From Eledone cirrhosa (Eukaryota), in NCBI GenBank assembly GCA_964016885.1, contig OZ024742.1:185194001-185258000 (forward strand): a DNA stretch of 64,000 nucleotides. Direction: 5' to 3'. Below the pieces are notes generated by a model. The model saw nothing but the letters and a program-made list of their open reading frames with translations. It did no database searches and had not been told where the DNA came from. The translations under genes and the position numbers were made by a program. The number at the start of each line of letters is the position of its first letter. The first letter of the stretch is position 1. Of this stretch, positions 58,801 through 64,000 are shown in pieces.

Positions 58801-61800
58801 TTAAGTTAAGTTGGGGTTAAGTTAAGTTGGGGTTAAGTTAAGTTGGGCTTAAGTTAAGTTGGGGTTAAGATAAGTTGGGGTTAAGTTAAGTTGGGGTTGA
58901 GTTAAGTTGGGGTTGAGTTAATTTGGGGTTAAGTTAAGTTGGGGTTAACTTAAGTTGGGGTTCAGTTAAGTTGGCGTTCAGTTAAGTTGCGGTGAAGTTA
59001 AGTTGGGGTTAACTTAAGTCGGGGTTAAGTTAAGTTGGGGTTAAGTTAAGTTGGGGTCAAGTTAAGTTGGGGTTAAGTTAAGTTGGGGTTATGTTAAGTT
59101 GGGGTTAAGTTAAGTTGGGGTTAAGTTAAGTCGGGGTTAAGTTAAGTTGGGGTTAAGTTAAGTTGGGGATAAGTTAAGTTGGGGTCAAGTTAAGTTGGGG
59201 TTAAGTTAAGTTGGGGTTAAGTTAAGTCGCGGTTAATTTAAGTTGGGGTTAAGTTAAGATGGGGTTAAGTTAAGTTGGGGTTAAGTTAAGTTGGGGTTAA
59301 GATAAGTTGGGGTTAAGTTAAGTTGGGGTTGAGTTAAGTTGGGGTTGAGTTAATTGGGGTTAAGTTAAGTTGGGGTTAACTTAAGTTGGGTTTAAGTTAA
59401 GTTGGGGTTAAGTTAAGTTGGGGTTAAATTAAGTTGGGGTTAAGATAAGTTGGGGTTAAGTTAAGTCGGGGTTAAGTTAAGTCGGGGTTAAGTTAAGTTG
59501 GGGTTAAGTTAACTTGGTGTTAAGTTAAGTTGGGGCTCAGTTAAGTTGGGGTTGAGTTAAGTTGGGGTCAATTTAAGTTGGGACTAAGCTAAGTTGGGGT
59601 TAAGTTAAGTTGGGGTTAAGTTAAGTTGGCGCTAAGTTTAGTGAAGGTTAAGTTAAGTTGGGGTTGAGTTACGTTGGGGTTAAGTTAAGTTGGGGTTAAG
59701 TTAAGTTAGGGTTAAGTTAAGCTTGGGTTAAGTTAAGTTGGGGTTGAGTTAATTTGGGGTTGAGTTAAGTTGGGGTTGAGTTAAGTTGGGGTTGAGTTAA
59801 GTTGGGGTTAAGTTAAGTTGGGGTTAACTTAAGTTGGTGTTAAGTTAAGTTGGGGTCAATTTAAGTTGAGGTTAAGTTAACTTGGGATTAAGTTAAGTTG
59901 CGGTTAACTTAAATTGAGGTTAAGATAAGTTGGGGTTAAGTTAAGTTGGGGGTAAGTTAAGTTGGGGGTAAGTTAAGTTTGGGTTAAGTTGGGGTTAAGT
60001 TAAGTTAGGGTTAAGTTACGTTGGGGTTGAGTTAAGTTGGGGTTAATTTAAATTGGGGTTAAGTTAACTTTGTGGTTCAGTTAAGTTGGGATTAAGTTAA
60101 GTTGGGGCTTATTTAAGTTGGGGTTAAGTTAAGTTGTGGTTAAGTTAAGTTGGGGTTAAGTTAAGTTGGGGTTAATTTAAGTTGGGGTTAAGTTAAGTTG
60201 GGGTTAAATTAAGCTGGGTTGAAGTTAAGTTGGGGTTAAGTTAAGTTGTGGTTAAGTTAAGTTGGGGTTAAGTTAAGTCGGGGTTAAGTTAAGTCGGGGT
60301 TAAGTTAAGTTGTGGTTAAGTTAAGTTGGGGTTAAGTTAAGTTGGGGTTAAGTTAAGTTAGGGATAAGCTAAGTTGGCGTTAAGTTAAGTTGGGGTTAAG
60401 TTAAGTTGGGGTTAAGTTAAGTTGTGGTTAAGTTAAGTTGGGGCTGAGTTAAGTTGGGGTCAAGTTAAGTTGGGGTTGAGTTAAGTTGGGGTTAAGTTAA
60501 CTTGGGGTTAATTTAAGTTGGGGTTAAGTCAAATTGGGTTTGAGTTAAGTTAGGGTTAAGTTAAGTTGGGGTTAAGTTAAGTTGGGGTTAAGTTAAGTTG
60601 GGGTTAAGTTAAGTTGGGGTTAAATTAAGCTGGGTTTAAGTTAAGTTGGGGTTAAGTTAAGTTGGGGTTAAGTTAAGTTGGGGTTAAGTTAAGTTGAGGT
60701 TAAGTTAGGTTGGGGTTAAATTCAGTTGGGGTTAAGTTAAGTTGGGGTTAAGTTAATTTGGGGATAAGTTAAGTTGAGTTTAAGTTAAGTTGGAGTTGAT
60801 TTAAGTTGAGGTTAAGTTAAGTTGTGGTAAAGTTAAGTTGGGGTTAAGTTAAGTTGGGGTTAAGTTAAGTTGGGGTTCAGTTAAGTTGGGGTTAAGTTAA
60901 GTAGGGGTTCAGTTGGGGTTAAATTAATTTGGGGTTAAGTTAAGTTGGGGTTAAGTTAAGTTGGGGTTAAGTTAAGTTGGGGTTAAGTTAAGTTGGGGTT
61001 GAGTTAAGTTGGGGTTAAGTTAAGTCGGGGTTAAGTTAAGTTGGGGTTAAGTTAAGTTGGGGTTAAGTTAAGTTGGGGTTAAGTTAAGTTGGGGTTGAGT
61101 TAAGTTGGGGTTAAGTTAAGTTGGGTTTAAGTTAAGTTGGGGTTAAGTTAAGTTGGGGTTGAGTTAAGGTGGGGTTAAGTTAAGTTGGGGTTAAGTTAAG
61201 TCGGGGTTAAGTTAAGTTGGGGTGAAGTTAAGTTGGGGTTAAGTTAAGTTGGGGTTAAGTTAAGTTCGGGTTAAGATAAGTTGGGGTTAAGTTAAGTTGG
61301 GGTTGAGTTAAGTTGGGGTTGAGTTAATTTGGGGTTAAGTTAAGTTGGGGTTAACTTAAGTTGGGGTTAAGTTAAGTTGGCGTTCAGTTAAGTTGCGGTT
61401 AAGTTAAGTTGGGGTTAACTTAAGTCGGGTTTAAGTTAAGTTGGGGTTAAGTTAAGTTGGGGTCAAGTTAAGTTGGGGTTAAGTTAAGTTGGGGTTAAGT
61501 TAAGTTGGGGTTAAGTTAAGTCGGGGTTAAGTTAAGTTGGGGTTAAGTTAAGTTGGGGTTAAGTTAAGTTGGGGTCAAGTTAAGTTGGGGTTAAGTTAAG
61601 TTGGGGTTCAGTTAAGTTGGGGTTAAGTTAAGTCGCGGTTAAGTTAAGTTGGGGTTAAGTTAAGATGGGGTTAAGTTAAGTTGTGGTTAAGTTAAGTTGG
61701 GGTTAAGATAAGTTGGGGTTAAGTTAAGTTGCGGTTGAGTTAAGTTGGGGTTGAGTTAATTGGGGTTAAGTTAAGTTGGGGTTAACTTAAGTTGGGTTTA

Positions 61801-64000
61801 AGTTAAGTTGGGGTTAAGTTAAGTTGGGGTTAAATTAAGTTGGGGTTATGATAAGTTGGGGTTAAGTTAAGTCGGGGTTAAGTTATGTCGGGGTTAAGTT
61901 AAGTTGGGGTTAAGTTAACTTGGTGTTAAGTTAAGTTGGGGTTCAGTTAAGTTGGGGTTGAGTTAAGTTGGGGGTCAAGTTAAGTTGGGGTTAAGCTAAG
62001 TTGGGGTTAAGTTAAGTTGGGGTTAAGTTAAGTTGGGGTTAATTTAAGTTTTGGTTAAGTTAAGTTGGGGCTGAGTTAAGTTGGCGTCAAGTTAAGTTGG
62101 GGTTGAGTTAAGAAGGGGTTAAGTTAACTTGGGGTTAAGTTAACTTGGGGTTAAGTTAAGTTGGGGTTAAGTTAAGTTGGGGTTAAGTTAAGTTGGGGTT
62201 AAGATAAGTTGGGGTTAAGTTAAGTTGGGGTTGAGTTAAGTTGGGGTTGAGTTAATTTGGGGTTAAGTTAAGTTGGGGTTAACTTAAGTTGGGGTTCAGT
62301 TAAGTTGGCGTTCAGTTAAGTTGCGGTGAAGTTAAGTTGGGGTTAACTTAAGTCGGGGTTAAGTTAAGTTGGGGTTAAGTTAAGTTGGGGTCAAGTTAAG
62401 TTGGGGTTAAGTTAAGTTGGGGTTATGTTAAGTTGGGGTTAAGTTAAGTTGGGGTTAAGTTAAGTCGGGGTTAAGTTAAGTTGGGGTTAAGTTAAGTTGG
62501 GGTTAAGTTAAGTTGGGGTCAAGTTAAGTTGGGGTTAAGTTAAGTTGGGGTTAAGTTAAGTCGCGGTTAAGTTAAGTTGGGGTTAAGTTAAGATGGGGTT
62601 AAGTTAAGTTGGGGTTAAGTTAAGTTGGGGTTAAGATAAGTTGGGGTTAAGTTAAGTTGGGGTTGAGTTAAGTTGGGGTTGAGTTAATTGGGGTTAAGTT
62701 AAGTTGGGGTTAACTTAAGTTGGGTTTAAGTTAAGTTGGGGTTAAGTTAAGTTGGGGTTAAATTAAGTTGGGGTTAAGATAAGTTGGGGTTAAGTTAAGT
62801 CGGTGTTAAGTTAAGTCGGGGTTAAGTTAAGTTCGGGTTAAGTTAACTTGCTGTTAAGTTAAGTTGGGGCTCAGTTAAGTTGGGGTTGAGTTAAGTTGGG
62901 GTCAAGTTAAGTTGGGACTAAGCTAAGTTGGGGTTAAGTTAAGTTGGGGTTAAGTTAAGTTGGCGCTAAGTTAAGTGAAGGTTAAGTTAAGTTGGGGTTG
63001 AGTTAAGTTGGGGTTAAGTTAAGTTGGGGTTGAGTTAAGTTGGGGTTGAGTTAAGTTGGGGTTACGTTAAGTTGGGGTTAAGTTAAGTTGGGGTTAAGTT
63101 AAGTTTAGGTTAACTTAAGTTGGGGTTAAGTTAAGTTGGGGTTAAGTTAAGTTGGGGCTAAGTTAAGTTGGGGCTAAGTTAAGTTGGGGCTAAGTTAAGT
63201 TGGGGTTAAGTTAAGGTGGGGTTTAGTTAAGTTGGGGTTGAGTTAAGTTAGGGTTGAGTTAAGTTGGGGTTAAGTTAAGTTGGGGTTAAGTTAAGTTAGG
63301 GTTAACTTAAGTTGGGGTTAAGTTAAGTTGGGGTTGAGTTAAGTTGGGGTTTAATTAAGTTGGGGTTAAGTTAAGTTGGGGTTGAGTTAAGTTGGGCTTG
63401 AGTTAAGTTGGGGTTGAGTTAAGTTGGGCTTATCTTAAGTTGGGGTTAATTTAAGATGGGGTTAAGTTAAGTTGGGGTTAAGTTAATTTGGGGTTAAGTT
63501 AAGTTGGGGTTAAGTTAAGTTGGGGTTATGTTAAGTTGGGGTTAAGTTAAGTTGAGGTTAACTTAAGTTGGGGTTAAGTTAAGTTGGGGTTAAGTTAAGT
63601 TGGGGCTAAGTTAAGTTGGGGCTAAGTTAAGTTGGGGTTAAGTTAAGTTGGGGTTAAGTTAAGTTGGGGTCAACTTAAGTTGGGGCTAAGTTAAGTTGGG
63701 GTTAAGTTAAGTTGCGGCTAAGTTAAGTTGGGGTTAAGTTAAGTTGGGGTTAAATTAAGTTGGGGTCAACGTAAGTTGGGGTTAAGTTAAGTTGGGGTTA
63801 AGGTAATTTGGGGGTAAGTTAAGTTGGGGTTAAGTTAAGTTGGGGTTAAGTTAAGTTGGGGTTAAGTTAAGTTGGGGCTGAGTTAAGTTGGGGCTGTGTT
63901 AAGTTGGGGTTAAGTTAAGTTGGGGTTAAGTTAAGTTGGGGTTAAGTTGGGGTTAAATTAAGTTGGGGTTAATTTAAGTTGGGGTTAAGTTAAGTTGGGT
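46900..64000 (+). repeat. Large duplication: about 46.9-54.1 kb repeated at about 56.1-64 kb, offset 9,250 rising to ~9,890
   Basis: AAGG-TGAGG 47041/56291, GTCGGGGTTACG 47391/56641 and GGTAAGTTATG 49171/58421 all pair at +9250. GAAGGGG 52221/62112 pairs at +9891 and CTTATC 53554/63429 at +9875. Confidence 0.85.

Larger units (their letters stand above)
1..64000 (+). repeat. Tandem satellite array, 16-bp monomer TTAAGTTAAGTTGGGG, about 4,000 copies, one orientation, extends past both window edges
   Basis: GGGG tracts recur every 16 bp from start to end. All deviations I saw are substitutions or small indels of the monomer. The G-rich strand is always the + strand. Confidence 0.99.

Noticed and set aside
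1-64000. Protein-coding repeat ORF on either strand
   Set aside because: TAA occurs twice per consensus monomer on both strands and 16 is not a multiple of 3, so every frame meets a stop within about 48 bp.
1-64000. CRISPR array or other repeat-spacer system
   Set aside because: There are no unique spacers. All variation is point mutation or indel of the same 16-mer.
1-64000. Freshly telomerase-synthesised telomere tract
   Set aside because: Variants recur in identical order over multi-kb blocks, which indicates DNA duplication. I saw no gradient toward pure repeats at either edge.
1-64000. Variant monomers as an information-bearing code
   Set aside because: Their order is explained by nested duplication and deletion history. 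Nothing in the sequence indicates a reader or a function.
1-64000. Synthetic sequence or pure sequencing artefact
   Set aside because: Hierarchically shared variants and copy-private changes fit real evolutionary descent. Exact HOR copy numbers could still be misassembled.
1-64000. Assignment to a named satellite family, species or centromere
   Set aside because: I do not recognise the monomer with confidence and the window has no flanking unique sequence.

Overview
The whole 64 kb window is one uninterrupted head-to-tail tandem array of about 4,000 copies of a 16-bp monomer, consensus TTAAGTTAAGTTGGGG (reverse complement CCCCAACTTAACTTAA). The + strand consensus has no C (T6 A4 G6). I see no genes, RNA genes, transposon insertions, inversions or unique sequence. 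The monomer is telomere-like: TTAAG x2 plus TTGGGG. Rare variant monomers recur in fixed orders and reveal nested higher-order repeats (HORs): three ~7.2 kb tandem copies (about 3.2-24.8 kb), a ~24.7-24.9 kb offset repeat, a 5,675 bp tandem duplication, a 9.25-9.9 kb offset duplication, an older ~4.5-5.7 kb cycle and many 63-540 bp local duplications. This points to a eukaryotic satellite (centromeric, subtelomeric or a recombination-maintained telomere) grown by duplication and unequal exchange rather than by de novo telomerase synthesis. Organism and chromosomal position cannot be determined from the window. All offsets were counted by hand from marker variants and block boundaries are approximate. 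No protein-coding system is present; any novelty lies in the array itself.
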